Assembly (NCBI GenBank): GCA_046754085.1 | Contig: JBHHVE010000012.1 | Span: 3,764 to 67,763, forward strand | Direction of reading: 5' to 3' | Length of the DNA: 64,000 nt | From: Leptospirillia bacterium | GTDB lineage: Bacteria > Nitrospirota > JACRHL01 | In this document: positions 37,251 to 46,791 of the stretch, in pieces | Layout of the letters: each line of letters opens with the position of its first letter | Numbering within the stretch: position 1 is the first letter of the stretch | Program-made: the position numbers and the translations under genes | The notes under the pieces: model-generated | Told to the model about the DNA's origin: nothing | Seen by the model: the letters and a program-made list of their open reading frames with translations, nothing else | Databases searched by the model: none

Positions 37251-38032
37251 TGCGTATTTTCATGATCGGAGACATCGTTGGCGAACCCGGTCGCAAGGCT
37301 GTGTTCAAACACCTGGACCGGCTGCGCGAGGAGCACGGTTTCGACCTCGTCATCGCCAACGCCGAGAACGCCGCCGGCGGCTTCGGCGTCACCCACAACG
37401 TGGTCAGGGAGCTGTTCGGCATGGGCATCGACGTGCTCACCACCGGCAACCACGTGTGGGACAAGCGCGAGGCCATGGACATCATCCGCACGGAAAAGCG
37501 CTTGCTCAGGCCCGCCAACTACCCGCCGGGCACCCCCGGCCTTGGCAGTGGCGTGTTCACCACCGCCGCCGGGGAGCGGGTCGGCGTGTTGCAGGTGATG
37601 GGGCGGGTGTTCATGCACGCCCTCGACTGCCCGTTCCGGATCGCCGATCAGGAGGTGACCAAACTCGCCCGCGAGACCGACTGCATCGTGGTCGACATGC
37701 ACTGCGAGGCCACCAGCGAAAAGCAGGCCATGGGGTGGCACCTGGACGGCCGGGTCGCCGCCGTGGTCGGCACCCATACCCACGTGCAGACGGCGGATGC
37801 GCGGGTGCTTCCGGAGGGCACCGGCTATATCACCGACCTGGGCATGACCGGCCCCCTCAACGGCATCATCGGCATGAAGCGGGATCTGGTGCTGTCCCGT
37901 TTTCTGACCGGTATGCCGAGACGCTTTGCGGTGGCCCAGGGGCCGGTGGTGCTGTCCGGCGCCATTGCCGATATCGACACCGATACCGGCCGCTGTAACG
38001 CCATGCGGAATATCTACCTGCCGGATGAATAA
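37250..38032 (+). CDS. TIGR00282/YmdB-family metallophosphoesterase (2',3'-cyclic-nucleotide phosphodiesterase-like)
   Basis: MRIFMIGDIVG...VIANAENAAGG...GNHVWD... calcineurin-like motifs; start overlaps the rny stop, the same rny-ymdB pairing as in Bacillus. Confidence 0.8.
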   Translation: MRIFMIGDIVGEPGRKAVFKHLDRLREEHGFDLVIANAENAAGGFGVTHNVVRELFGMGIDVLTTGNHVWDKREAMDIIRTEKRLLRPANYPPGTPGLGSGVFTTAAGERVGVLQVMGRVFMHALDCPFRIADQEVTKLARETDCIVVDMHCEATSEKQAMGWHLDGRVAAVVGTHTHVQTADARVLPEGTGYITDLGMTGPLNGIIGMKRDLVLSRFLTGMPRRFAVAQGPVVLSGAIADIDTDTGRCNAMRNIYLPDE

Positions 38033-38037
38033 CCCGG

Positions 38038-39405
38038 ATGTCTGATCCGGTCGACAGCGCCCCGCTTCTGCCGGCGCGGGAGATCCTCTCGGTTGCCGAA
38101 CTCACCCACCGGGTCCGGGACACCCTGCAAGGCGCCTTTGGCGCGGTATGGCTGGTGGGCGAGGTCAGCAACCTGGCCGCCCCCGCCTCGGGCCACGTCT
38201 ACCTCACACTGAAGGATACCGAGGCGCAAATTCGTGGGGTCATCTGGAACTCCACCGCGCGTTTCATGAAAGACCGCCCAAAAAACGGCGACCAGGTATT
38301 GTGCCGGGGACGGATCACCGTGTACGAGCCACGCGGTGAATACCAACTGGTGATCGATTACCTGGAGCCTGCGGGTGTGGGTGCGCTGTACCGCCGGATC
38401 GAGGCGCTCAAGGCAAAACTCACCGCCGAAGGGCTCCTGGATAAAGAGATCAAGAAACCGCTGCCCGCCCTGCCCCAGCGGGTGGGCATCGTAACCTCCG
38501 CCACCGGCGCCGCCCTGCATGACGTGCTGACGGTACTCGAACGCCGCGCCCCATCCATTTCCGTGTTGCTGTCCCCGACCCCGGTGCAGGGTACCGACGC
38601 CCCCGCGCGGATCGTCACCGCCATTGAGGCCCTTGTCGCCCACGGCGGTATCGACGCCCTCATCGTGGCCCGTGGCGGGGGCTCCCTGGAAGACCTCATG
38701 GCGTTCAACGACGAGGGTGTGGCACGGGCCATCGCCGCCTGTCCGCTGCCGGTGGTGGCGGGGGTGGGGCACGAAACCGACACCACCATCGCCGACCTTG
38801 TGGCAGACGTGCGCGCCCCCACCCCGAGCGCCGCCGCCGAAATCCTGAGCGCCCCGTGGGTGGACCTGAAAGACCGCATCGGAGAGCTTTCCGCATACCT
38901 GCGGCAGTCCCTCCTTTCCCGGCTGGCGGAGGCCCATCTCAAACTGGATCGGGTAAGGGCGGGACTGGTGGACCCCAGAGACCGGCTGCGTCACCTGATT
39001 CAACGGGTCGATGACCTGCGCCTGCACCTGCAACGGGGCGGACGGCGGCGCCTGGAGCGGGCGGCGGCGGCGCACCACGCCCTGGCTTTGCGGTTACTGG
39101 CGGCCACCCCTCTGACACGGGTGCCGCAGTTCAAGGAAAAGGTCCACGCCCTGCACCTGCGGCTGACACGCGCGGTACGGGGGAAAGTCCGGCAGGATGG
39201 CGCCCGGCTGGCGGAGGTCTCCGGCAAGCTTGAGGAGCTGTCCCCCATGGGGGTGTTGGCGCGGGGTTTTGCCCTGGTGCGAAAGGACGGCCGGGTACTG
39301 CGATCCACCGACCGCGTGTCGACCGGAGACCGGGTGTCGGTCAGGCTGTCCCGGGGGGCATTGCTATGCCGGGTGGATGAAGTCCATCCGGAGGCGGAGC
39401 ACTAG
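38038..39405 (+). CDS. xseA: Exodeoxyribonuclease VII large subunit
   Basis: N-terminal OB fold (VWLVGEVSNL...HVYLTLKD), catalytic core and C-terminal coiled region; 455 aa. Confidence 0.85.
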   Translation: MSDPVDSAPLLPAREILSVAELTHRVRDTLQGAFGAVWLVGEVSNLAAPASGHVYLTLKDTEAQIRGVIWNSTARFMKDRPKNGDQVLCRGRITVYEPRGEYQLVIDYLEPAGVGALYRRIEALKAKLTAEGLLDKEIKKPLPALPQRVGIVTSATGAALHDVLTVLERRAPSISVLLSPTPVQGTDAPARIVTAIEALVAHGGIDALIVARGGGSLEDLMAFNDEGVARAIAACPLPVVAGVGHETDTTIADLVADVRAPTPSAAAEILSAPWVDLKDRIGELSAYLRQSLLSRLAEAHLKLDRVRAGLVDPRDRLRHLIQRVDDLRLHLQRGGRRRLERAAAAHHALALRLLAATPLTRVPQFKEKVHALHLRLTRAVRGKVRQDGARLAEVSGKLEELSPMGVLARGFALVRKDGRVLRSTDRVSTGDRVSVRLSRGALLCRVDEVHPEAEH

Positions 39406-39412
39406 GCTGCGA

Positions 39413-40441
39413 TCAGGCGCCGTTTTCTCCGCCTTCCACGTCCTGCGGGACGGCACGGAAGCGGTTCCCCACCACCACCGGCTCACTCGCCGTTAACACC
39501 TGGGCAGTGGCGGTGGCCTCCCGCACCGACAGGATTAACAGGGTTGCCACATTGCGGTCGGGCAATTCGTAGTGGCCCCACGTCCCATCCGGGCTCAGGC
39601 TGCCCGACTCCTGCATCACGGTAACCTCCATGCCCGGCAACAGGCTGTCACGGGCGCCCCGGTCCAGGTACACCGTATTGCCCATGGCACTCATGGTGCG
39701 CGCTTCCTGCATGGCCACGATCACCCCATCGACCGACTCGCTCACGTCATTGATGTCCACCTCGGGACGCACATACGGCACCAGCAGGTCGCCCGGGCGA
39801 AGCGAACCATATATCCGCTGCACTTCGGCATGATGCAGGCGCTTGTGCCTGCCGGTGACCTCGACCAGACCGACCACTTCGACCATGTCACCCATGCTGC
39901 GCCGACTGACCGGATGCCGCACGGAGCGGTCCGTGCGCACCACCTGATAGCGGGCGCCCGGCTCAGCCTCGACCCCCTTGTTCATGCGCAGAAAAATCGT
40001 ATCTCCGGTGGTCATCAGGGTGCGCCCTTCGTAGGTGCCCATCACCGTTCCGACCGAGTCCAGATCCTTGGTGATGTAACCGCCGGATTCGACCAGGAGC
40101 GGATTCATGGTGCCCTTGGGAACCGGGACTTCCACGACCTCTACCTCTTCTTCCACGACCTGCTCGCGAATCTCCGGCTTCAGAAGCGCCACCGGAATAC
40201 GGATATTACCGCCGGGATAGATCAGGTCCGGATTGATCACCTGTTCGTTGTCCCGCCAGATTTTGGGCCAGGTGAAAGGGTCCTCCAGATAGGCGATGGC
40301 GATATCCCAGAGGGTATCCCCCTTGACCACCACATGAACCTTGCCTCCGGAGTCGGGAATCGCCAGTTCATCGGCGTGAACGGCACCCACAACAAACGTG
40401 AAGGCTGCCAGTAATGCGAACAGGAATCGGTACCGGATCAT
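39413..40441 (-). CDS. LysM-domain periplasmic protein
   Basis: Signal peptide MIRYRFLFALLAAFTFVVGAVHA; LysM motif VVKGDTLWDIAIAYLEDPFTWPKIWRDN; Glu/Val-rich linker. Confidence 0.7.
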   Translation of the reverse strand: MIRYRFLFALLAAFTFVVGAVHADELAIPDSGGKVHVVVKGDTLWDIAIAYLEDPFTWPKIWRDNEQVINPDLIYPGGNIRIPVALLKPEIREQVVEEEVEVVEVPVPKGTMNPLLVESGGYITKDLDSVGTVMGTYEGRTLMTTGDTIFLRMNKGVEAEPGARYQVVRTDRSVRHPVSRRSMGDMVEVVGLVEVTGRHKRLHHAEVQRIYGSLRPGDLLVPYVRPEVDINDVSESVDGVIVAMQEARTMSAMGNTVYLDRGARDSLLPGMEVTVMQESGSLSPDGTWGHYELPDRNVATLLILSVREATATAQVLTASEPVVVGNRFRAVPQDVEGGENGA

Positions 40442-40674
40442 GTGAGATCGCTCCGAAGCGGTTGAAAAATATGTAATTTTACCCGAACATGCGGAACGGG
40501 GAAAATAGCCCTTCCTTATCGGTGGAAAGGTCGGATGACTTTACCGTATGTCAGCTGGAAACCGAAAGCAAACCTCTAAGGACAGATTGCTGCCCTCATC
40601 GAGGAATGCCTGTTACAATTTTCCCGGTGGACCGCGGTTCCCCGCCACCACAGCCCCGACAGGAGCCTGATTGC

Positions 40675-41718
40675 ATGCAATACCGCCCCCTTGGAAAGAC
40701 CGATATCCAGGTCAGCGCCATCTGCCTCGGCACCATGACCTTTGGCGAGCAGAACACCGAGGCCGAAGGCCACGCCCAGATGGATGCGGCACTTGCCGCC
40801 GGGGTGAACTTTTTCGACACCGCGGAAATCTACCCGGTCCCCACCGGGGCCGAGACTTATGGTGAAACCGAGCGCATCATCGGCTCCTGGCTTACGGCTA
40901 AAAAGTGTCGCGACCAGATCGTGCTGGCCAGCAAGGTGGCGGGCAGAGCCGACTGGCTGCCCCACGTTCGGGACGGTAAGCCCCGCCTCAACCGGGTCCA
41001 GATGGAAGACGCGCTGGACGCCAGCCTGAAACGGCTCCAGACCGACTACCTGGACCTCTATCAACTGCACTGGCCGGACCGCAGCACCAATTATTTCGGC
41101 CGGCTGGGGTACGTCCACGACCCGAAGGATGACCCGATCCCGGTGGAGGAAACCCTGGGGGTGCTAAACGACTTTGTGAAGGCGGGCAAGGTGCGCCACA
41201 TCGGCCTTTCCAACGAAACCCCGTGGGGAATCATGGCCTTTTTGCAGGCGGCGGAGCGGGAGGGGATGGCACAGGTGGTGTCGGTGCAGAACCCGTATTC
41301 CCTGCTCAACCGCACCTTCGAGGTGGGCTGCGCCGAGGTCGCGATACGCGAGAAAACCGGGCTTCTGGCTTACTCCCCCCTAGGTTTCGGGGTGTTGACC
41401 GGTAAATACCTCACCACGCCGCCCGTGGGCGCCCGCCTGACCCTGCCGGAGTTTTCCGAATTTACCCGTTACACCGGCCCCGCCGGGCGGGCCGCAGCCG
41501 CCCGCTACGTGGGTATTGCCCGGGAACACGGCATCGACCCGTCGCAGATGGCGCTGGCATTCGTGAACAGCCGCCCGTTTACCACCAGTACCATCATCGG
41601 CGCCACCACCCTCGAACAGCTAAAATCCAACATCGCCAGCATCGACGTCACCCTGTCCAGCGAGGTACTTGAGGGCATCGAGGCGGTACACAATGACTTC
41701 CCCAACCCGTGTCCATAG
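40675..41718 (+). CDS. NADP(H)-dependent aldo/keto reductase (Tas-like)
   Basis: 347 aa from the internal ATG: MQYRPLGKTDIQVSAICLGTMTFG...GVNFFDTAEIYP. Catalytic tetrad residues are present. The track's longer start at 40489 adds non-homologous sequence. Confidence 0.85.
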   Translation: MQYRPLGKTDIQVSAICLGTMTFGEQNTEAEGHAQMDAALAAGVNFFDTAEIYPVPTGAETYGETERIIGSWLTAKKCRDQIVLASKVAGRADWLPHVRDGKPRLNRVQMEDALDASLKRLQTDYLDLYQLHWPDRSTNYFGRLGYVHDPKDDPIPVEETLGVLNDFVKAGKVRHIGLSNETPWGIMAFLQAAEREGMAQVVSVQNPYSLLNRTFEVGCAEVAIREKTGLLAYSPLGFGVLTGKYLTTPPVGARLTLPEFSEFTRYTGPAGRAAAARYVGIAREHGIDPSQMALAFVNSRPFTTSTIIGATTLEQLKSNIASIDVTLSSEVLEGIEAVHNDFPNPCP

Positions 41719-41912
41719 ATCCCGCCCCCTATCTGTCCGTATCAAAACTGCCGGAAGGGGCCGAGTGCGCCCGCTGTTTTTGTGACGACATGCCCTTAAG
41801 GCCCGACCCTGCCATTGACGATGTCTGGTTCTGCAAGGCCTGCTGGGAGGAGCGCATCCGGGTCACCGCCATGCACGAAATGGGCTACGACAACGACATC
41901 ATGGAGGAGTAA
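41709..41912 (+). CDS. Hypothetical small Cys-rich ORF (doubtful)
   Basis: 67 codons from a GTG overlapping the AKR 3' end; CxxCxC...CxxC pattern; no convincing RBS. Confidence 0.2.
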   Translation: MSIDPAPYLSVSKLPEGAECARCFCDDMPLRPDPAIDDVWFCKACWEERIRVTAMHEMGYDNDIMEE

Positions 41913-42054
41913 AAAACAGGCGGGCGCCACATCCGCCCAGGCTCGGGCCGCACCATAGAGGCGGCCTGACTGAAAGAACCGTTTGACCCCGTACCCGCCC
42001 CTTGCTTTGGCGGGTTCAGCGGGTATGTTCGGAAGAAGGACAGGGGGGGAAGGC

Positions 42055-43056
42055 ATGGGGGAGCCAAACAGCAGAACCGGGTCCGGATTCCGGATGACCT
42101 GGATCATCGGACTGACAGCCGGACTGATCGTACCGTTCGCGGGCATATATTACTGGCAGGCGCATGCGTTGGAGAGGCTTTCCACGTCCCTCCAGGCAAC
42201 GGTAACCGATACCTACTACAAACATGTCGAGCAACGTACGGAAGCGCTACGCGCCGCTACGCACCAGTTCGAAGGTCACCCCGAAATTACCCGGGCTCTG
42301 GCCGCCGGAGACCGGGGGGCGCTCCTTGCGCAGAGCAACGCCCTGTTTATCAAACTCCGCCGGGAACAGCACATTACCCACCTCTATTTCCACCGTCCCA
42401 ATGGGCAGAACCTGCTGCGGGTGCACCTGCCTTCCCGTCACGGGGATCAAATCAGGCGATTTACCATGGAGGAGGCGATGCGTACCGGCAAACCCGCCTC
42501 CGGGGTTGAACTGGGCCCCCTGGGCACCCTGACCCTGCACCTGGTCACCCCCTGGTTTTCCGAAGGCCCGGAACCTGTGTTGGTGGGCTACGTGGAACTG
42601 GGCTCGGAGGTTGATGCGCTCTTTACCAGCATGGAACACACCATGGACGCGCAAACCTTCATGCTGATCCGAAAGGAACTTTTGGTCCGGGCATCGTGGG
42701 AGAGCGGCATGCGCACACTGAACCGGGAACCCGATTGGGACCGCTTCCCTCACTTCGTCAGCACCCGCCCATCCAACATGCTTCCAAATGGTCTGGTGCG
42801 CTTTCTGAAGAAAAAATCCTGGATCACGTTGGGCAACGACACGACGATCCTGGAAAAAGGGCGGGACTTTCTGGCCGTGTTCACTCCCCTGAAGGGGATG
42901 AAAGGCCGAATCGTCGGAAATCTGGTGCTGCTGGTGGATACGACCCGGCAGCGGGCATTTATGAGGCAGGTGACCTGGTACGGCGGTGTCGTGCTGCTCC
43001 TGGTCTTTATGGCGCTTGCCCTGTTCCGCGTGAAAAAGGGCCTGGAGATCGATTGA
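42055..43056 (+). CDS. Membrane-anchored periplasmic double-Cache (Cache_3-Cache_2-like) sensor domain protein lacking an output domain
   Basis: TM1 MTWIIGLTAGLIVPFAGIYYW; ligand-binding-like region (HLYFHRPNGQNLLRVHLPSRHGDQIRRFTMEEAMRTGKPASGVELGPLGTLTLHLVTPWFSEG...VGYVELGSEV); C-terminal TM2 then stop after VKKGLEID. Start at the ATG 9 nt after GGGGGAAGG; the track start at 41983 is less likely. Confidence 0.65.
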   Translation: MGEPNSRTGSGFRMTWIIGLTAGLIVPFAGIYYWQAHALERLSTSLQATVTDTYYKHVEQRTEALRAATHQFEGHPEITRALAAGDRGALLAQSNALFIKLRREQHITHLYFHRPNGQNLLRVHLPSRHGDQIRRFTMEEAMRTGKPASGVELGPLGTLTLHLVTPWFSEGPEPVLVGYVELGSEVDALFTSMEHTMDAQTFMLIRKELLVRASWESGMRTLNREPDWDRFPHFVSTRPSNMLPNGLVRFLKKKSWITLGNDTTILEKGRDFLAVFTPLKGMKGRIVGNLVLLVDTTRQRAFMRQVTWYGGVVLLLVFMALALFRVKKGLEID

Positions 43057-43065
43057 TCGACCGCC

Positions 43066-43695
43066 TCAATCTTCCTGAAAGTAGGGAAGGATATCGCCGT
43101 AGTTCACATCCTTCTGGCTCCCGCCCCACGGCTTTTTGCCGTAAAACAGGGCCCCCTCGTCGATCACGTCGCTAAAGACGGCACCCTGGAACTTCACCTT
43201 GCGCAGGTCGGCATTGATAAGCGCCGCCCGGTTCACTTCGGCTCCCTCCAGGCACGCACCTCGGAAAATGGCCCCGGTACAGTCGGTGCGCACCAGTTTC
43301 GCACTCTCAAGGTTTGAATCGATCAGCACCGCACCCATAAGTTTGGCGTCGGTCAGATCGGCCCCTTGCATGCGGCAGATCAAAAGCTGGGCATGGGACA
43401 GATCGGTGCCGGAGAAATTGGCCCCTTCCAGCAGGGCGCGCTGGAAGAAGACGCGGGTGCCGGTGGCGCCGGAAAAATCCGCGCCGTTGGCCTCCACCTC
43501 GACCATGTAGGCCTCGCTCAGGTTGGCCCTGGACAGATTGGCCCCGGACAGGTTGGCCCGGGTCATGGTGGCCTCGGAAAAATCCTGGCCGGACAGGTCC
43601 AGGCCGGACAGGTCGGTGAACGACAGGTCCTCCTCGACAAACCCACCCCCGCCCGCCAGTCGGGCGATCACTTCATCCCGGGTCATTGCCGCCAT
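43066..43695 (-). CDS. Pentapeptide-repeat protein
   Basis: Tandem A(D/N)LxG/A(N/D)FSG pentapeptides throughout; start at the ATG 7 nt after AGGAGG (43695). Confidence 0.75.
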   Translation of the reverse strand: MAAMTRDEVIARLAGGGGFVEEDLSFTDLSGLDLSGQDFSEATMTRANLSGANLSRANLSEAYMVEVEANGADFSGATGTRVFFQRALLEGANFSGTDLSHAQLLICRMQGADLTDAKLMGAVLIDSNLESAKLVRTDCTGAIFRGACLEGAEVNRAALINADLRKVKFQGAVFSDVIDEGALFYGKKPWGGSQKDVNYGDILPYFQED

Positions 43696-43713
43696 ACAAA
43701 TGCCTCCTTTGAA

Positions 43714-43753
43714 ACGAAAACGGCCCATGGCCTCGGGAGACCATGGGCCGTTT
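43714..43753 (-). terminator. Intrinsic terminator after korB (minus strand)
   Basis: Minus-strand AAACGGCCCATGG-TCTCCCGAGG-CCATGGGCCGTTT 13-bp stem followed by TTTTCGTTTC. Confidence 0.55.
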
Positions 43754-43777
43754 ATCATGGTGCCAGAACGTCCCGGC

Positions 43778-44698
43778 TTACGGTTTGAAGCGGTCGAAGA
43801 TCTGGTCCCAGTCCGGGGTGTCGGTCACCTTGTAGTAGTCCTGCACCTGCTTCACCTTCTCGGTGAAGACGGGCTTTTCCACCTGATAGTAAATACCCAC
43901 CGGCACCGGCGCATCGTCGCTGGCATGGTGATCGTACAACTCCGCCGCCTTGACCAGCGCCTGGGCGCGGTTTCCGGTGTCGGTATGCTCGCCGGACTCG
44001 TTGATGTCGTGAATCCGCGGCTTGAAGTACGCGAACGTGTCCACCTTGTTATAGGTCGGGCACGGCGACAGGATGTTTACGTACGAGAAGCCCTTGTGGG
44101 CCAGCGCCGCGTTGATGGTGGCGCCCATATGCTTGGCGTTGGCCGAGTAGGTCTGCGCCACAAACGTGGAGCCGTAGGTGATCATCATCTCGATCGGGTT
44201 CATCGGCTCGTCCAGGTTACCCAGGCCGCTGGCCAGGGTGCCGGGCAGGCCGGTACGGGACAGGGGCGAGGTCTGGTTCTTGGTGAGCGCGAAGGTGCCG
44301 TTGTCCATGACGATGACCGTCATGTTCATGTTGCGGCGCGCCGGGTGCATGATGTGACCGCCGCCAATGGCGAAGCAGTCACCGTCACCAATGGTCACCA
44401 CCACCGGCATCTCCGGTCGGGCCAGATGGGCACCGACGGCCACCGGCACGGCGCGGCCGTGGCAGGAGTGGATCCCGAACGAGTTCATCCACAGGGGCAG
44501 GCGGCTGGAGCAGCCGATACCCGATACGGTGGTCACCGCATTGGGATCGTACATCTGCTCCGAGTAGGCCTTGGCGAGGGCTCCCACCACGCCAAAGTCA
44601 CCACAACCGGGGCACCAGGTCGGGGTGATGTCGCTGCGGTAGTCCTTGGGCTTGAGTTTTTCGTCAACGTGAATGTTCAAAGTGGCTGGCAGTGCCAT
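43778..44698 (-). CDS. korB: 2-oxoglutarate:ferredoxin oxidoreductase, beta (TPP-binding) subunit
   Basis: TWCPGCGDFG N-terminal Cys motif and TPP-binding GDGD...N region typical of OFOR beta subunits; 306 aa. Confidence 0.85.
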   Translation of the reverse strand: MALPATLNIHVDEKLKPKDYRSDITPTWCPGCGDFGVVGALAKAYSEQMYDPNAVTTVSGIGCSSRLPLWMNSFGIHSCHGRAVPVAVGAHLARPEMPVVVTIGDGDCFAIGGGHIMHPARRNMNMTVIVMDNGTFALTKNQTSPLSRTGLPGTLASGLGNLDEPMNPIEMMITYGSTFVAQTYSANAKHMGATINAALAHKGFSYVNILSPCPTYNKVDTFAYFKPRIHDINESGEHTDTGNRAQALVKAAELYDHHASDDAPVPVGIYYQVEKPVFTEKVKQVQDYYKVTDTPDWDQIFDRFKP

Positions 44699-44752
44699 GC
44701 TATCTATCTCCTCTCACTCCCCGGTGGGGGCAAGTTAGGGCAATCGAAATCG

Positions 44753-46540
44753 TCAGTGAATCGACATCCGGGCCTTGGGCTGATCCGTCTTGAGCAGCTC
44801 CAACGCCATGTTCTCGATCTCCTTCGGGATCATGGGCTCACCCCGATATGAGTTGAACTTGATGGGCACCACGCTGGTGCGCATCTTGATCAGGTCGGCA
44901 AACTGACCCTGGTAGTTGGCCTCGGCCACCACCACCTTGCCAACGGACGCGGCAAACGCCTCAATCTGCTTCTGCGGCATCGGCCACAGCATCTTGGGGT
45001 ACAGGGCACTGACCTTGTGGCCCGCAGCCCGCAACCGAGAAACGGCCTCACGGGTCACCGACTGGGTCATGCCCCAGCTGATGATGCCCAGATCGTCGCC
45101 GTCCTCGCCCTCGCGCTCGATCGGCGTGTAGGCGTCCTCGATATTGTCGAACTTGCGCCAGCGCTTCTCGGTCATGGCGTTACGGGTCTCGACGTTGGTG
45201 CGCGGGCCGGAGTTCTCGGCATGCTCGAGGCCGGTGGCGGCATAGTTGGTGCCCGGGATGCCGGGGGCACCCATGGGCGATACACCGGACTCGGTGATCT
45301 GGTAGCGGTTGAACGCCTCCGGATCAGACTGCGCGGTGGCAAACTCACGCTCCACGATCTCGTAGTCGTCCATGTTCGGCCGGGGGATCGCCTCGGTCTG
45401 AATGGACAGGGAAGCGTCCGACAGCAGCATCACCGGTGACTGGTACTTCTCCGCCAAGTTCAGGGCATCCACGGTCAGGTCAACGCAGTCCTGTACGTTG
45501 GCGGCGGCCAGCACGATGCGCGGGGCATCGCCGTGGCTGCCCAGGGAGCAGGCGAACAGATCGGACTGGTCGTGCTTGGTGGGCATGCCGGTGGAGGGGC
45601 CGCCACGCTGCACGTCGGCAATCACGATGGGCAACTCGCTCATGATGGCAAGACCGATCAACTCCTGCATCAGCGAGATGCCGGGGCCGGCAGTCGCGGT
45701 GATCGCCTTCTGGCCGGCGAAGCTGGCGCCGATGACGGTGGCCAGTGCGGAGATTTCATCCTCGGTCTGGTAGACCACACCGCCGGTGTGGTGCAGCAGA
45801 TCCACCAGATGGTTGCCCACGCTGGTGGCCGGGGTGATCGGGTACGCGCCGTAGAACTTCGCGCCACCCATGACGGCGCCCAGGGAGATGGCCTGGTTGC
45901 CCTCCAGGATGATCACATCCTTCTGGGGGGTCGGTTCCGGGAAGGAGTAGGCCACCTTGCGGTTCGGGTAGTTCTCGCGGATATACGCCCGGCCCAGTTC
46001 GATCGCCTTGTAGTTGAAGTCGACAATCTCCTGGCCCTTCTTGATGAACTTATCGTGAATGGAGCTCTTCAGCGACTCCTCGGGAAGTCCGAACAACTCG
46101 ACCACGGCGCCCATGGCGACCATGTTTTTGGCGATGTAGTTCTTCAGTTCATTCTTGGCGATGGCGCTCATGGGCACGGCGAACATCTGTACGCCTTCGT
46201 GCTCCTCGGGCTCGAAGTCACCACCCTCGGGACCGTCCCACACCATGACGGTGCCGGGGGTCAGGAGCGGTTTGTTGACCTCGTAGGCCTCACCGTTAAA
46301 CGCCACCAGGATGTCGAACCCGTCTCCCTGGGAGAGAATTTTACTGTCCGAGATGCGCACCTGGGAGAGTGCGTAGCCACCCTTGATCTCCGCAGGGAAA
46401 CTCTTGAAGGTCATGACCTCCATTCCCGCGCGCGTCGCCGCCTGCATGATGAAGTCGCCGGAGCTGATCACGCCCTCGCCGCCCTCACCACCCACTTTGA
46501 TCGTCAAGTCAATCGCCACAAACAACCTCCTACTAGTCAA
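44753..46540 (-). CDS. korA: 2-oxoglutarate:ferredoxin oxidoreductase, alpha subunit (gamma-alpha fused type)
   Basis: 595 aa: N-terminal gamma-like domain (KVGGEGGEGVISSG) followed by alpha domains I and II; paired with korB. Confidence 0.85.
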   Translation of the reverse strand: MTSRRLFVAIDLTIKVGGEGGEGVISSGDFIMQAATRAGMEVMTFKSFPAEIKGGYALSQVRISDSKILSQGDGFDILVAFNGEAYEVNKPLLTPGTVMVWDGPEGGDFEPEEHEGVQMFAVPMSAIAKNELKNYIAKNMVAMGAVVELFGLPEESLKSSIHDKFIKKGQEIVDFNYKAIELGRAYIRENYPNRKVAYSFPEPTPQKDVIILEGNQAISLGAVMGGAKFYGAYPITPATSVGNHLVDLLHHTGGVVYQTEDEISALATVIGASFAGQKAITATAGPGISLMQELIGLAIMSELPIVIADVQRGGPSTGMPTKHDQSDLFACSLGSHGDAPRIVLAAANVQDCVDLTVDALNLAEKYQSPVMLLSDASLSIQTEAIPRPNMDDYEIVEREFATAQSDPEAFNRYQITESGVSPMGAPGIPGTNYAATGLEHAENSGPRTNVETRNAMTEKRWRKFDNIEDAYTPIEREGEDGDDLGIISWGMTQSVTREAVSRLRAAGHKVSALYPKMLWPMPQKQIEAFAASVGKVVVAEANYQGQFADLIKMRTSVVPIKFNSYRGEPMIPKEIENMALELLKTDQPKARMSIH

Positions 46541-46728
46541 ACGGTCCGATCGGCCAGCCTCCCCCGTATCCTTATATAAGACACGGAAAAGAGCAATAAT
46601 CCCGGCGCGTTTCGGAACCGCCGGTCGGGATGCTCCCCAAAATCAGGCCGGGCACCCCACGCACGTTACAAGCGCCGCTAGTATAAATCCGATTCCGCAC
46701 GATGCGCTACTACAGAAACACAAATTCA

Positions 46729-46764
46729 TGCCTGCCCTGACGGCGGGGCAGGGCAGGTTTTTTA
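46729..46764 (+). terminator. Orphan rho-independent terminator inside the divergent korA/por intergenic region
   Basis: CCTGCCCTG-ACGGCGG-GGCAGGGCAGG followed by TTTTTT, with no protein-coding gene upstream on the plus strand. Confidence 0.5.
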
Positions 46765-46791
46765 AAGGCGCGGGAGCATACCAAAAATTCG

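Noticed and set aside
40560-40600. Glycine-riboswitch-like fragment (ACCGAAAGCAAA...CTC...AAGGACAG) upstream of the aldo-keto reductase
   Set aside because: Only the 3' half of one aptamer is approximated. There is no GGAGAG P1 strand or tandem aptamer, and the genomic context (an AKR) is implausible for a glycine riboswitch.
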